The notes under the pieces are model-generated. The model did not search any database. It had not been told where the DNA came from and saw nothing but the letters and a program-made list of their open reading frames with translations. From a virus (taxonomy: Duplodnaviria > Caudoviricetes): DNA of 55,733 bases. Location: the IMG/VR virus record IMGVR_UViG_3300032931_000778, positions 1 to 55,733 of that record; one strand, given 5' to 3'. The position numbers were made by a program, and so were the translations under genes. Shown here one piece after another: positions 1 through 10,124 of this stretch (within the stretch, counting starts at the first letter, position 1; every line of letters begins with the position of its first letter).

Positions 1-1214
1 GAGTTGCCGGTCAGCGCGTACCGCGTCGTGGGCACCCCGCCGAGGTAGATCTCCGTCGGCGTGTTGCTCCCCGTGACGCCCGACCAGCAGAGGGACCCCG
101 CGCCGATGTACGCCTTGTTGATCGCATCGACGAGCGAGCTGCACGCGAAGACAAAATCCAACACGCCCGCATTCGTCATCGGCAGGGTGGTCACGGGCCC
201 GAACCCACCCGTGTAGCGCCCATCCTCGAGCGTCAGCTCATCATCGCTCTTGACCGCCAACGGCCCCACAGCCGTCACATCAAGCGCGCCGGCCGAGTAA
301 AGGTCTCGCTGGCCCGTGCCCCCCACCTCGAGCGCGTGCCCCGCCGCATCCTCATTCGTGACCTTGACCGCGCCGCCCCCGTCCGGGATCACGATCTCAT
401 TGCCGAGGTCGTAGGCCTCCTGGAGCGAGCCCCCGCCCCGCTGGAGCTTCCAGCGCCAGTGCAGCAGGTCGGGGTCGTTCAGGAAGACCGCGTCGAGCAG
501 GTCCGCCCGCACGTAGGCCGCCCAGCCCTCCACGGCATGGTCCAGCAGCCACTCCGTCCCCGACCACTCCACGAGGTCGTTGACCAGGGCCCCGATCCCC
601 CACCCCGCATGCACGGGGCTCGCCGAGTAATCGAGGATGTACCGATCCCCGACCGTCGGGCTGCCCGGCGGCGCGCCCGTGGGGTCCACGATCGCCAACA
701 CGCGGGGGCGCCGCACACTGACCTCGCCCACGCCCCCGCCCGCGAAGGCGAAGAGCTGGCGCGTCTCCCCCGGCGCGAGGACGCTCGCGTTCCACCACGC
801 GATCGAGCAGTCGTCGAGGACATAGCCCAGGACGCGATAATCGGGGTTGACCGGCACGCCGTTCTGCCACAGCTCTAGGGCGGTCTCCGCGCTCGCCTTC
901 GCCCCGCTGGTCACGCGGGCCACGACCATCCACGCCGGCGTCAGGGCCAAGGGGGCCGCATTGGTGATCGTCAGGTAGCTCTGGAAGGTGCGGCTCGCCA
1001 CCACGCAGGGGCCCAGCAGGCGCAGCTGGTAGCCGCCCCCGCCGGCGGCCTCGACCGTCGCCTGGGGGAGCGCCACGAAGGCCCACGCGTTGCCCTCCAT
1101 GACCCCCAGTAAGGCCGTGTCGATGCTGAGCGCGAAGTCCTGGAAGGTCTCCCACCAGCTCTGCGCGGTGTCCGTGGGGTAGGGCAGCTTGAACCGTGGG
1201 GTCTCCTGGCGCAT
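1..1214 (-). CDS. Tail fibre/baseplate-associated protein with DUF2793-like segment; runs off the left edge (partial)
   Basis: Absent from the ORF track (no stop before the edge). ATG at 1214 directly after the previous stop. Reads MRQETPRFKLPYP...PPGSPTVGDRYIL...VEWSGTEW...EGWAAYVRAD...SLQEAYDLGNEI. Strong GC3 bias; follows the baseplate gene. Confidence 0.7.
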   Translation of the reverse strand, partial: MRQETPRFKLPYPTDTAQSWWETFQDFALSIDTALLGVMEGNAWAFVALPQATVEAAGGGGYQLRLLGPCVVASRTFQSYLTITNAAPLALTPAWMVVARVTSGAKASAETALELWQNGVPVNPDYRVLGYVLDDCSIAWWNASVLAPGETRQLFAFAGGGVGEVSVRRPRVLAIVDPTGAPPGSPTVGDRYILDYSASPVHAGWGIGALVNDLVEWSGTEWLLDHAVEGWAAYVRADLLDAVFLNDPDLLHWRWKLQRGGGSLQEAYDLGNEIVIPDGGGAVKVTNEDAAGHALEVGGTGQRDLYSAGALDVTAVGPLAVKSDDELTLEDGRYTGGFGPVTTLPMTNAGVLDFVFACSSLVDAINKAYIGAGSLCWSGVTGSNTPTEIYLGGVPTTRYALTGN

Positions 1215-1215
1215 T

Positions 1216-3342
1216 TTACTTGATCTCGGTGAGCGCAAACGTCCCGCGCCTGAGGATATAGCTTGCCGGGGGCACCACGTTCCCGTCCGCATCCACGAAG
1301 GCCGCGTGGCCCGGCGCCGCCAGCGTCACGTTGGCGTACTCCATCCCCTTCGTCGCCGCCTTGATGGTGTCATGGACAAACTGCTTGTAGAGGGGCTGCG
1401 CGAAGTCGCGCCCCCGCAACACCTCCAACAGCGCCTGCTCGATGTCGGCCAGCACCTCCGCCGCCACATAGCTCGGCAGCACCTTGACCGCCACCGTCAC
1501 ATCCACCGGCACCAACATGCCGCTGCCATCCACCACCTGCACGAGCTGCGTGACCTCCTTGATCCCCTCCAGGTAGGCCTGCAACCCGTAGATGAGCCCC
1601 GCCGCCGGCGCCACGTAGTCCCCGTCCCCGTTCACGCTCACGATGGGCACCTGCACGTAGTTCGCCTTGCAGTCCGCATCGAACAACGTCGAGAGGTATG
1701 CTTGCAGGTCCACGACCACCGCAAGGATGTCCGCCTGAAGCTGCGCCGCGCTCCCCGGCAGGGGCGCAATGGCCTCAGCCGCATTGCCCACCGTCATCGT
1801 CGTCGAAGTGATGAGATCCTGCAGCACGATCAGGTACTGCGCCAAGGTGACCTGCCCCGCCCCCGTCGGCGTGAGCAGCTGCTGCAACGTGAACCCATAG
1901 CCATCGAGCTTGCCAGCCGCCGCGCTGCCATTGTTCAAGCTCGTGCTGATCGCCCCGCCCTGCGCCGCCAGCGTGTTCGAGTAGTTCGCCAGCGTCGTGT
2001 CGCTCGGATAGGTGGCCTTGAGGTACACGTCCAGGGCCGTCAACGTCGTGCTCATCGACCCATAGGCCGCCTTGCCCGTCGTCATCTCCACCTGGAGCCC
2101 CTGCGCCACGGCCCGCACGTTGGCCGCCTGCACCTCTAAGGCGCTCTTGAGATCCCCCATCGCGACCAACGTCGCCTGCATCTCCACCAGGAGGGCCTGC
2201 GCCGTCGCGATGTCCGCCGCCGCTGCCGCCTCCGCCGGCGCCACGAGCAGCACGTAGTTCGCCAGGTAGCCGTCGATCCGCTCGCACTCCCCCACAATCA
2301 CGGCATCCTCGGCCGACGCCCGCACATTGATCGCATAGCCCTTCGCCACGCGGCCATAGAGGGGGTCGGAGAACCCGTTGACCTGCGCCTGGTAGTCAGC
2401 CTGCGTGATGGCGGCCCCGCGCGCCGCAAAGGCATAGGGCGCCAGCTTGCGGGCCTCGTCCGGGGCCTCGGGGTCCGCCCCGCCGCTCGCCCCCAGGGGG
2501 TTCGTGCCGGCAATCTTGATCGTCGTCCCACCGACGTTCAACACATCCATCACGGTCGTGACCGTGTTCGCCGCGGCCCGCCCCGTGGCCCCGTGAATCA
2601 GCGTGTACTGGACCTTTACGTCCGCCCCGGCCTCCGGGATGTTCCCCGCCACGCCGTCCCCGCACGCCACGGCCGGGGGCTCGAAGAGGTAGTCCACCTC
2701 GTACTGGTTCGTCTTCTCAAAATCGAGGAAGTCGTGCTCCACCCACTCCGCGCCGTCAATCCACACGCGCACGCTGCCCTGCGCCACCCAGACGCCCGCC
2801 TCGGGATCCCCGCCCTGCATGCGGAAGCGCTGGTTCTGCGCCCCGTCGCCCGTGTAGCCCACGGTCCGCGTGTTGCCCTCGCGGCACGCCACGGTGATCG
2901 CCGTGATGCCCGGCGCGAGGAAGGTCGGCGCCACGGTCTCAAAGACCAACCCCGCGGGCCCCCCAAAGCGGAACCCCGCCTGGAGCTGCGCGGGCGCCGG
3001 GATCGCCGGGTCAAACGTCAAGGCAAGGTCGACCGTCGCCGCCGAGGCGGGCCGCATCTTGTAGCCGATCTGCTTGACTAGCTTGGCCACCGCGGAGTGC
3101 GTGCGCGCCGTGTCGAGGTAGCAGTCGCTCGCCACGCGGTCCATGTACCAACAGAGCTGCCCCACCGCGTTCGCCATGAGGTCGATGAGCATGATGCCCA
3201 CCGTGGTCGAGGCATAGTCGTTGTAGATCGTCGCATACTCGACCTTGAGCCGGCGCAGCAGGCTGTCGAAGATCGAGGCGTAATCCTTCGCCGCATACTT
3301 CACGGCGTTCAGAGGCTTGCGGTCCGCTACGGGGACTCCCAT
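1216..3342 (-). CDS. Baseplate wedge subunit (T4 gp6 / baseplate J-like)
   Basis: KDYASI...L, YLDTART...GYK, GDGVAGNIP, GGADPE...RGAAITQADY motifs typical of gp6/baseplate J; downstream of the gp25-like gene. Confidence 0.85.
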   Translation of the reverse strand: MGVPVADRKPLNAVKYAAKDYASIFDSLLRRLKVEYATIYNDYASTTVGIMLIDLMANAVGQLCWYMDRVASDCYLDTARTHSAVAKLVKQIGYKMRPASAATVDLALTFDPAIPAPAQLQAGFRFGGPAGLVFETVAPTFLAPGITAITVACREGNTRTVGYTGDGAQNQRFRMQGGDPEAGVWVAQGSVRVWIDGAEWVEHDFLDFEKTNQYEVDYLFEPPAVACGDGVAGNIPEAGADVKVQYTLIHGATGRAAANTVTTVMDVLNVGGTTIKIAGTNPLGASGGADPEAPDEARKLAPYAFAARGAAITQADYQAQVNGFSDPLYGRVAKGYAINVRASAEDAVIVGECERIDGYLANYVLLVAPAEAAAAADIATAQALLVEMQATLVAMGDLKSALEVQAANVRAVAQGLQVEMTTGKAAYGSMSTTLTALDVYLKATYPSDTTLANYSNTLAAQGGAISTSLNNGSAAAGKLDGYGFTLQQLLTPTGAGQVTLAQYLIVLQDLITSTTMTVGNAAEAIAPLPGSAAQLQADILAVVVDLQAYLSTLFDADCKANYVQVPIVSVNGDGDYVAPAAGLIYGLQAYLEGIKEVTQLVQVVDGSGMLVPVDVTVAVKVLPSYVAAEVLADIEQALLEVLRGRDFAQPLYKQFVHDTIKAATKGMEYANVTLAAPGHAAFVDADGNVVPPASYILRRGTFALTEIK

Positions 3343-3355
3343 CGTCAGCTCCTTC

Positions 3356-3772
3356 TCACGGCCCGGTCGGGGCGCCCTGGATCGGCACCTGCTGCTGGTA
3401 CACCTGGTTGTTGATCCGGTACACCACGTCGAGCACGATCGCCGTGTCCTCTAAGCCCACATCCTTGCCCAACCGCGCCTCGACCGACAATACCTCAGCG
3501 CGGGGCTCGAATAAAGCGATCGCCCGCGCCGTCACGGCCGCCACGCGCGCCTGCGTGAGCGGATCGAGGTTGTCAAACACGAAGGCCTGCACGCTCGTCC
3601 CGAGGGCCCCGCGCATCACGCGCTCCCCCACGCTCGTCGTCATCAGCGCCGTGATCGAGTTGAACACCACCGCGTCTAGCCCCTGCACCATCATGGGGAA
3701 GGCCTGGCTCCCCACGCGGAAGGGATACGCGATGCTCCGCAGCACCGTCGGCGTCGTCGTCGGCACCGGCAT
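3356..3772 (-). CDS. gp25: Baseplate wedge / sheath initiator (GPW/gp25 family)
   Basis: TSVGERVMR..LGT...FVFD and FEPR motifs; 138 aa. Confidence 0.9.
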   Translation of the reverse strand: MPVPTTTPTVLRSIAYPFRVGSQAFPMMVQGLDAVVFNSITALMTTSVGERVMRGALGTSVQAFVFDNLDPLTQARVAAVTARAIALFEPRAEVLSVEARLGKDVGLEDTAIVLDVVYRINNQVYQQQVPIQGAPTGP

Positions 3773-3930
3773 CAGACGGCCGCCTCGTCGGGGTCATCCA
3801 GGGGGCACGTCGGCAGCTTCGGCAGCGCCGGGATCTTGGGCAGCGCGGGGAGGTCGAAGGGGAGCCCCGGCATCGGGATCGCTAGCGCGGGCAGCGCCGG
3901 CAGGGGCGGGATCTTGCACTTGGTCGCCAT
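3772..3930 (-). CDS. Small Pro-rich protein (52 aa) between spike and gp25
   Basis: Below the ORF-track cutoff. AAGGAGG SD 6 nt before ATG; MATKCKIPPLPALPALAIPMPGLPFDLPALPKIPALPKLPTCPLDDPDEAAV*; its TGA overlaps the gp25 ATG (TGATG). Confidence 0.7.
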   Translation of the reverse strand: MATKCKIPPLPALPALAIPMPGLPFDLPALPKIPALPKLPTCPLDDPDEAAV

Positions 3931-3966
3931 CGTCGTCCTCCTTGCGCACGCGCGTACGCAGCACCA

Positions 3967-4935
3967 TCACCCGATCGAAACCACCTCGGACAGCTCGTTG
4001 TAGAGCATCGGCGGCGGGGTCGGCCCCGGCGTCGTGGGGGCCCCCGGCGCCGCACAGAGGTGCTGGTGCACAAGGGACCACTGCAAGAACTTCATGCCCC
4101 GCACCGCGGGCTCGAACACCGGGCCGGCCCCGAGGCAGACCTTGCCCGCGTTCAGCCACGCCTTGCCCCCCGCCATCACCGTGGCATCCCCCGGCGCGCT
4201 CAGCGTCGCGGCCTTGCCGTCCAGCGCCAGCATGGCCCCGCTCTGGTTCGCCAGCGTGATCTTGTCCTTGCCCAGCGTGAGCCACGCCGTCACCTGGCTG
4301 GTGGCGGGATCCACGTTCATGATCGTCACGCTCGCGTTCTTCACATCGATCGCGAGGTGCGTGCCGCTCTCCGCCATGAGGAGGATCCCGCCGTCCTTGT
4401 CCAGCGTGATCACGCTCCCGCTCTCCACCCCGCTGCCGTCCCCCTTGGCCAGCGTGATGTGCAGATCCTCCGCCTTGTCGCCGAACCGCAGGTAGTGCCC
4501 CGCCGGCGTCTTGAAGCCCTTGCGGAAGGCCTCCCCGCTCGCCGTCAGGGCCGTCCCCGCGGCGTCCTTGGGCAGCCACCCCCCGAGGTACACGGGCACC
4601 GTCATGTCCCCGTGCTCGAACATCACCCACACGGTGTCCCCCACCTCGGGCGGCACGAAGAGCCCGTGCATCTGCCCCGCCGTCCCCTTCGCGAGCCCCG
4701 GCCAGCAGGGGAGCGCCCAGTAGCCCTTGGGCACCTCGGCCGCCGTCGCCATGCCCAGCGCCGGCACCTGGATGCGGCAGCGCCCCCGCTTCTCCTCGTC
4801 CTTGTTGTCGACCACGAGCCCCGTGTAGAGCCCATAGTAGCGGTTCGCGTGGTTCTCCAACCCATCGGCGTGGATCGCGTCCATCATCCACCCCGCCGGG
4901 TCGTTCTTGCGGCGGCTGTCGGAGAGGTCGAACAC
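3967..4935 (-). CDS. Baseplate central spike (gp5/gpV/VgrG OB-fold plus beta-helix)
   Basis: YYGLYTGLVVDNKD...GRCRIQVP, WALPC, FVPPEVGDTVWVMFEHGD..PVYLGGW, KTPAGH; C-terminal HxH (HQH). Confidence 0.9.
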   Translation of the reverse strand: MFDLSDSRRKNDPAGWMMDAIHADGLENHANRYYGLYTGLVVDNKDEEKRGRCRIQVPALGMATAAEVPKGYWALPCWPGLAKGTAGQMHGLFVPPEVGDTVWVMFEHGDMTVPVYLGGWLPKDAAGTALTASGEAFRKGFKTPAGHYLRFGDKAEDLHITLAKGDGSGVESGSVITLDKDGGILLMAESGTHLAIDVKNASVTIMNVDPATSQVTAWLTLGKDKITLANQSGAMLALDGKAATLSAPGDATVMAGGKAWLNAGKVCLGAGPVFEPAVRGMKFLQWSLVHQHLCAAPGAPTTPGPTPPPMLYNELSEVVSIG

Positions 4936-4938
4936 GGC

Positions 4939-6351
4939 TCAGACCTCCTTCATGGGCTGCGCCTGCGTCTGCGTCTGCGCCAGGTTGCTCGTCTGCGTGG
5001 AGCCCCACTTCACCAGCTCCAGCACCGTCTTCCAATCCCCCGGCGCGTAGTTGTGCGTGACCTTCCGCACCTGATAAGTCGAATTGATCATTGAGCTGCA
5101 TCCAGCTACGGCCACCGCCATCCCCGGCTGCACATTGGGCAGTCCCAATGTCGTCAGCGTGAGTACGATCGCCATGCGGTCCGCAGCCCCCACCCCTACC
5201 CCCGCGAGTTCTGCCATTGTCTTGACTTGCGCGACCCCCCCCGGCGCCGCCACCGCCCGCTTCGCGGGCACGCCCTTTTTGCCACCTGGATCAATCTTAA
5301 CGTCGGCCTGCACCTCGCCACGTTTGTCGTCCTGCGCCTCGGATGCCACCGCGCTCCCCTTGGGATCGGCCGGCCGATCCAAGTCCTTGGGCCATACCCA
5401 CAGGGGATCCAGCACAAGGCCCGAATCCTTCTCAATCACGATCGCGCGCACCCCCGCCGTGGCCCCTGGCACCCGCACCGCATCCCACTTGCGGCCCTCC
5501 GCCCACATCGCGGCCCCCCCACTGAACGACACGTCTAGGATCGGGTATTGCGGCGGGTCCGCCGCCGGGTCGAAAAGTCCCCGCAGCACCAGCAGGTACA
5601 GGGGCGTCTGCGTCGCCGCGTAGCCCTTGGGGTAGTAGAAAACCGCCGGCTTGAACGTGCTTACCGTTGCAATCGCGTTGCCAAAGTGAAAGTCTAAGTT
5701 GGCCATGCCAAGGATCTTGCGAATCGCCGTCATGTGCGCCGTGGTACCCACTACCCCGTAAACAACGCTCTCCAGATCCTTGCCCCCCATCCTCATTATC
5801 TTCGACATCTCATCCAGTTTCGCCGCGCCATCCCCCAAGGGCACCATCGTGTAACCGATCGCCGTCGCCGTTGCCTCCAAAATCTGCTTCGCCGAGTCTC
5901 CAAACAAGGACTCGTCGGCCTTTATATATTCGGTCTGCCGCACGTCCTGGTAATTTGCCGTCAAGGACCCGCTCAGCTTGTCGCTGCTCAGCGCGAGCCC
6001 ATCCCCGCCCTTGCCCAAGAACCCCCCATAGTCGTTCGTCACCTCCGTCGCGCTCCCCGCGAGGTAGCCGAGGCGCGCCCGCACCTCGTTCAACATGTCG
6101 AAGGCGCCCTGCTCCAGCAGGTAGATGCCCTCCTGATAGGGGGCCTCGATCCCGATCGTTAGGCCCTCATGTGTCCCCGATAAGTCCTGCGTCACACTCA
6201 CTGAGTTCACGAAGGGCCCCCCCATCACGGCCTCGCTCGATGGGGCGTTCCCCGTGGGCCAGCGCCCCACATCGAAGACCCACTCCTTGCCCGCCTTGTT
6301 GCGGATCTCCACCTGCGCGAAGGGGGCGAAGAAGTCTGCGGTCCCCGCCAT
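4939..6351 (-). CDS. Baseplate hub (gp27 / late control D-like)
   Basis: Position before the spike; C-terminal GLPNVQPG...V.G....YQVRKVTH.Y....KT.LEL signature. Confidence 0.65.
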   Translation of the reverse strand: MAGTADFFAPFAQVEIRNKAGKEWVFDVGRWPTGNAPSSEAVMGGPFVNSVSVTQDLSGTHEGLTIGIEAPYQEGIYLLEQGAFDMLNEVRARLGYLAGSATEVTNDYGGFLGKGGDGLALSSDKLSGSLTANYQDVRQTEYIKADESLFGDSAKQILEATATAIGYTMVPLGDGAAKLDEMSKIMRMGGKDLESVVYGVVGTTAHMTAIRKILGMANLDFHFGNAIATVSTFKPAVFYYPKGYAATQTPLYLLVLRGLFDPAADPPQYPILDVSFSGGAAMWAEGRKWDAVRVPGATAGVRAIVIEKDSGLVLDPLWVWPKDLDRPADPKGSAVASEAQDDKRGEVQADVKIDPGGKKGVPAKRAVAAPGGVAQVKTMAELAGVGVGAADRMAIVLTLTTLGLPNVQPGMAVAVAGCSSMINSTYQVRKVTHNYAPGDWKTVLELVKWGSTQTSNLAQTQTQAQPMKEV

Positions 6352-6714
6352 CTAGCGGCCCCCCAAGATCTTGTTGCGCACGTAGTCCGCCGCCGGCACA
6401 TAGAGCGTCATCCCCGGATAGATCTCGTTATCGGGCAGGTCGAGCCCATTGCGCAGGGCGAGCACCCACCACAGGGCCTCGTCCTGGTAGTACTCCAGCG
6501 CGATCTGGTCCAGGCGCTTCGCGCGCCCCTCGATCACCACCGCCGACTCGTGGTTCGCCACGTCCGGCAGCGCGGGGGGCACGAACGGCGCGTAGAACCG
6601 CACGTAGGCGTCCGCCTCGCTATCAAACACATATTCCTCGGCCATGCGGCGCATCGGCGAGGAGACCGGCGCCTGGAGCTGCCGCAGCGTGTTGCCCTTC
6701 CCAAGATCTGCCAT
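6352..6714 (-). CDS. LysM/tail-X (gp53-like) baseplate protein
   Basis: RLDQIALEYY.DEALWWVLA..N......IYPGMTLYVP. Confidence 0.8.
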   Translation of the reverse strand: MADLGKGNTLRQLQAPVSSPMRRMAEEYVFDSEADAYVRFYAPFVPPALPDVANHESAVVIEGRAKRLDQIALEYYQDEALWWVLALRNGLDLPDNEIYPGMTLYVPAADYVRNKILGGR

Positions 6715-6722
6715 GCGCTACC

Positions 6723-9700
6723 TCACTTCGGCGGGGGCGCTGCGGCCCCATTGCCCTGCGGGATCTGCGCCCAGCCGCTGCCCGCCCCCGGCGTCCAGCC
6801 CCGGAGCCCCGCCGTGTTGTCCTTGATCTCCGTGAGCACCTTGCGCGTCTCCACGCCGTCCAAGACCACCGCGTTGATCACCCCGTAGAGCCCGCTCATG
6901 TCGAGGCTCGACTTGAGGACCTTCTTGTCGTCCTCGGTCAGGATGCCCGCGTACTGCGCCGTGATCTTCCCAAAGATCTCCTGGTTGATCGGGCTGTTCT
7001 TGAACTCCTCCAGGGCCTTCTTCTGGAAGGCGTCGATCGCGAACACGGCCGATTGCTCCAACACCGTCGCGAAGCCCGTCTCGAAGGCGGCCTGCGCCAC
7101 AAAGATCCCATCCAAAATTTGGTTCAGCACCCCCTGCCCAGCCATAGACAAGAAGGGATCCTTTAGGGGACCAGCGGCCACTGGCGAATGTGGCAGGCCC
7201 TCCACAATGGGAGTGAGCGTGTCGAACATCGCGTCTTCCAGGTAGCTCTTGTTCGCCACCACCCCATCCCCGACCTGCTTAATGATCTCCATGCCCGACG
7301 CGGCCGCCTTGGCGATCAACTCCTGGGGAGCGGTCATGCTCTGGCCATACGCCTCAGCAAGGCGCAACTGCAAGTTCGAGGTCTGGATCATCATCTGGTC
7401 GATGTCCGACTGGCCCTTGACAGCCCACGCTTTTTGCAGCTCCTCCATCTTTGACATGTATAGCATCCCCTTGCGAGCCTCTAGCATCGTAGCCGTAATC
7501 TGCCCCCCTTCCGTCCCGACCGTCCCCAGCTTCCCAGACGCCGCCGCCGCATCTACAGTCTTGCCAACGGATTGAGCCTGCAATTGGAACTGCGCTGTCC
7601 CCTGCACGCGCCGGAATCCCGCAGCCATATCCCGCATCTTGGCAGCTTTGGATAGCGCCGCTGGCGTTCCAATGGCCTCCAATCGCTTCGCGGCATCCTC
7701 CTCCATCACGGCGAAATCCTTCCTCGCCATGATCGCCTTTTTCATTGTGGGATCCATCCCCAAGATGTCCTTCTTGGTCCCCCCGATGCCCGCATCCCCA
7801 AACTTTTCGCGCAAATCCTTGCGCGTCTCCTTAGTGCCCTCCTGCAACCCACGCACGCGCTTATACATGTCATCAATGCGCTTTTCTTGCTGCGCAATGT
7901 TCTTGTCTAACTCTGCATTGAGGTGGTCAAACCACGCATTGATCGCCACCACGCCCACCCCCGTAATGACCGCCCCGAGCCCGAGGATGCCAGGGCTCGC
8001 CGCCGCAATTGTTTTAATGCCGCTAAAGGCAAGATTCAAAGCCCCGCCAACTACCGAATTGATCACCGCCCCCACGCCAGGGATCTTGTTGATCAACACC
8101 CCGATCACGCCGACCATCGCTAGCTTCCCACCGGTTCCCGCGCTGTCCCACATCTTGCCCAGCCACCCCTTAAGCATCACGATCCCCTTGTCGATGGGAC
8201 CGCCCTCCTTGAAGAGATAGGTGAAGGCATCGTCAGCGGCCTTCGCGATCACGGGCCACGCAGTCTTGGTAAACCACCCCGAGAACCCGTCCCACGCCTT
8301 CTCGATTTCCTTAGAAATGGCGGGCCACTGCCGCATAAATTCCGCGCTCACATCTTTCCAAATCGCCTTGAACTGCACGATGAGCTTGTCGCGCTGATCC
8401 TGCGGCATCATGAACCACGCCGCGATGCCCGCCACGGGGGCCGCAATCCCCCCCATGCCCACAGTCTCCATGAGGGGCGCGATCCCCTGTTGCATCTTCA
8501 TGAACCCGTCGGCCGCGGTCCCCGCCACGATGCTGATGCGCTGGAGCTTCTTGGTGTCCCACCCGAGCTGCTTGCCGAAGTGCAAGAAGACGCCCTTGGC
8601 CCCCATCTGGTCGAACACGGAGAAGGTCTTGAGCATCGGCCCCCACGTGGCATCGCTGCCCATGAGCTTGGCTTCCTTGCCCAGCTCGCGCAGCGCCGCC
8701 TTCTCCTCGTTCACAAACTTGATCACCTCGGGCCGCGTGATGCTCCGCATCTGCATGCGGAAGGACTCCCGCGCCATGTCGAGGCCCTCTTGCAGGGTGC
8801 GCCCGCTGGAGTAGGAGTCGTTCGCGAACTTCTTGAGGGCCCCGTCCGCCTTGACCGTGGCCGTGCTCATCTTCTCCAGGGCCGTGGCCCCCTGCGTCGT
8901 GCTCATGGCCAGGTAGACCGCGTTGCTGCCCGCCTCGCCGAAGGTCTCCGTGAGGTCGCCGAGGACCGCGGCGTCGAGCTGCTTCCCGCTCGCCTGCGCG
9001 ACCTTCATCCACTTGCCCATCTCGGCCATGCCGGCCGCGGAGTCCTGCGAGCCGAGGGCGATCATGCGCATCGCCTCCTCGGTCCCCATGCCGAGGGCGC
9101 TTAGCTTCGTGAAGATCTCCGGCATCTCGCCGAGCCCGAGCTGCGCGCGCTCCACGGCCACCTGCCACTCCAGGAACTTGTTGGAGGTCTCCGAGGCCGC
9201 CTTCGAGGCCTCCTCCCCGCTGAGCCCCATCTGGTGGTAGGCCCCCGCGAGGCGCACGGAGGCCTGCACCGTGCTCTGGATCTCGGCCGCCGAGCGCATG
9301 TGCGTGGCCACCTGCTTGGCGAGGATCGTATTGAGGCCGCCCATCTGATCGCCCATCTGGGTGAACATCTGCGCGCCGATCCCGCCCTGGTTGCCCATGG
9401 CGACCATGTACTCCAGGGTCTGCTTGGCCTGCTTGCCCGTGAAGCCCCACGACGCCACGAGGTCCCCGCCCAGGGCCCCGAGCTGCTCCGTGGCCATGCC
9501 CGTGCCCTCGGCGAGCTTCACGAACTCCTGCGTGCTCATCCCCAACGCATCGAACACGCTCTTCGAGGCCGCGCCCGCGTTGCGCAGGGCCCCCATGGTC
9601 TTGACCACGGTCTCCACGCCCACGTTCATGCCGTAGGCCATCCCCGAGGCCTGGCCCGTGAGCTTCTTCAGCTCCGCCCCCGTGGCCCCCATCATCGCCA

Positions 9701-10073
9701 GGGCGGGCCGCGCCTGCTGCGCGTAGCTCGCCCCGATCGACTCCATGCTAGTGCTCAGGTCCCCGCTGTCCTCCGTGAGCCCGCGGATGTTCTGCGCCAT
9801 GCTCGCGAGGTTGAAGCTGTTGACGCGGTTCTGGACGCCCCGCGAGAAGGCCCCCGCGAGGCCCTTGGCCATGCCCCCGACGCCCATCGCGGCCTTGCCC
9901 GCGCCGCCCGCCACGGCCTTGAGGGCCCCCGCAAGCTTGTTCCCCGCCGCGAGGCCGTTCTGCGTGGCCAGCCCCTTGTTGATCTTGGTGATCGAGTCGA
10001 GCGCGGACCCCATGGCCCGGCCCATGCCGTCGTCGCGCGCCCCGAAGCTAAAGGCAAACCCGAGCTTGGCCAT
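6723..10073 (-). CDS. Tape measure protein
   Basis: 1116 aa, Ala/Gly/Met-rich helical sequence with hydrophobic stretches; directly after the frameshifting chaperone; GAGGAG SD. Confidence 0.85.
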   Translation of the reverse strand: MAKLGFAFSFGARDDGMGRAMGSALDSITKINKGLATQNGLAAGNKLAGALKAVAGGAGKAAMGVGGMAKGLAGAFSRGVQNRVNSFNLASMAQNIRGLTEDSGDLSTSMESIGASYAQQARPALAMMGATGAELKKLTGQASGMAYGMNVGVETVVKTMGALRNAGAASKSVFDALGMSTQEFVKLAEGTGMATEQLGALGGDLVASWGFTGKQAKQTLEYMVAMGNQGGIGAQMFTQMGDQMGGLNTILAKQVATHMRSAAEIQSTVQASVRLAGAYHQMGLSGEEASKAASETSNKFLEWQVAVERAQLGLGEMPEIFTKLSALGMGTEEAMRMIALGSQDSAAGMAEMGKWMKVAQASGKQLDAAVLGDLTETFGEAGSNAVYLAMSTTQGATALEKMSTATVKADGALKKFANDSYSSGRTLQEGLDMARESFRMQMRSITRPEVIKFVNEEKAALRELGKEAKLMGSDATWGPMLKTFSVFDQMGAKGVFLHFGKQLGWDTKKLQRISIVAGTAADGFMKMQQGIAPLMETVGMGGIAAPVAGIAAWFMMPQDQRDKLIVQFKAIWKDVSAEFMRQWPAISKEIEKAWDGFSGWFTKTAWPVIAKAADDAFTYLFKEGGPIDKGIVMLKGWLGKMWDSAGTGGKLAMVGVIGVLINKIPGVGAVINSVVGGALNLAFSGIKTIAAASPGILGLGAVITGVGVVAINAWFDHLNAELDKNIAQQEKRIDDMYKRVRGLQEGTKETRKDLREKFGDAGIGGTKKDILGMDPTMKKAIMARKDFAVMEEDAAKRLEAIGTPAALSKAAKMRDMAAGFRRVQGTAQFQLQAQSVGKTVDAAAASGKLGTVGTEGGQITATMLEARKGMLYMSKMEELQKAWAVKGQSDIDQMMIQTSNLQLRLAEAYGQSMTAPQELIAKAAASGMEIIKQVGDGVVANKSYLEDAMFDTLTPIVEGLPHSPVAAGPLKDPFLSMAGQGVLNQILDGIFVAQAAFETGFATVLEQSAVFAIDAFQKKALEEFKNSPINQEIFGKITAQYAGILTEDDKKVLKSSLDMSGLYGVINAVVLDGVETRKVLTEIKDNTAGLRGWTPGAGSGWAQIPQGNGAAAPPPK

Positions 10074-10124
10074 GATCTCCTCACCGCCCCCGGTTGCGCA
10101 TGCGCGTGCGCGGGTCGCCCACCC

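Noticed and set aside
545-575. Suspected frameshift in the edge tail-fibre gene
   Set aside because: Recounting the G run (TCG GGG ACG) keeps the frame intact.
3794-5101. Long same-strand alternative-frame ORFs (also 22393-23850, 8311-9450, 43908-44972)
   Set aside because: Gly/Arg/Ala filler expected from high GC3. Unlike the intein case, neither recognisable domains nor a required function lie in the second frame.
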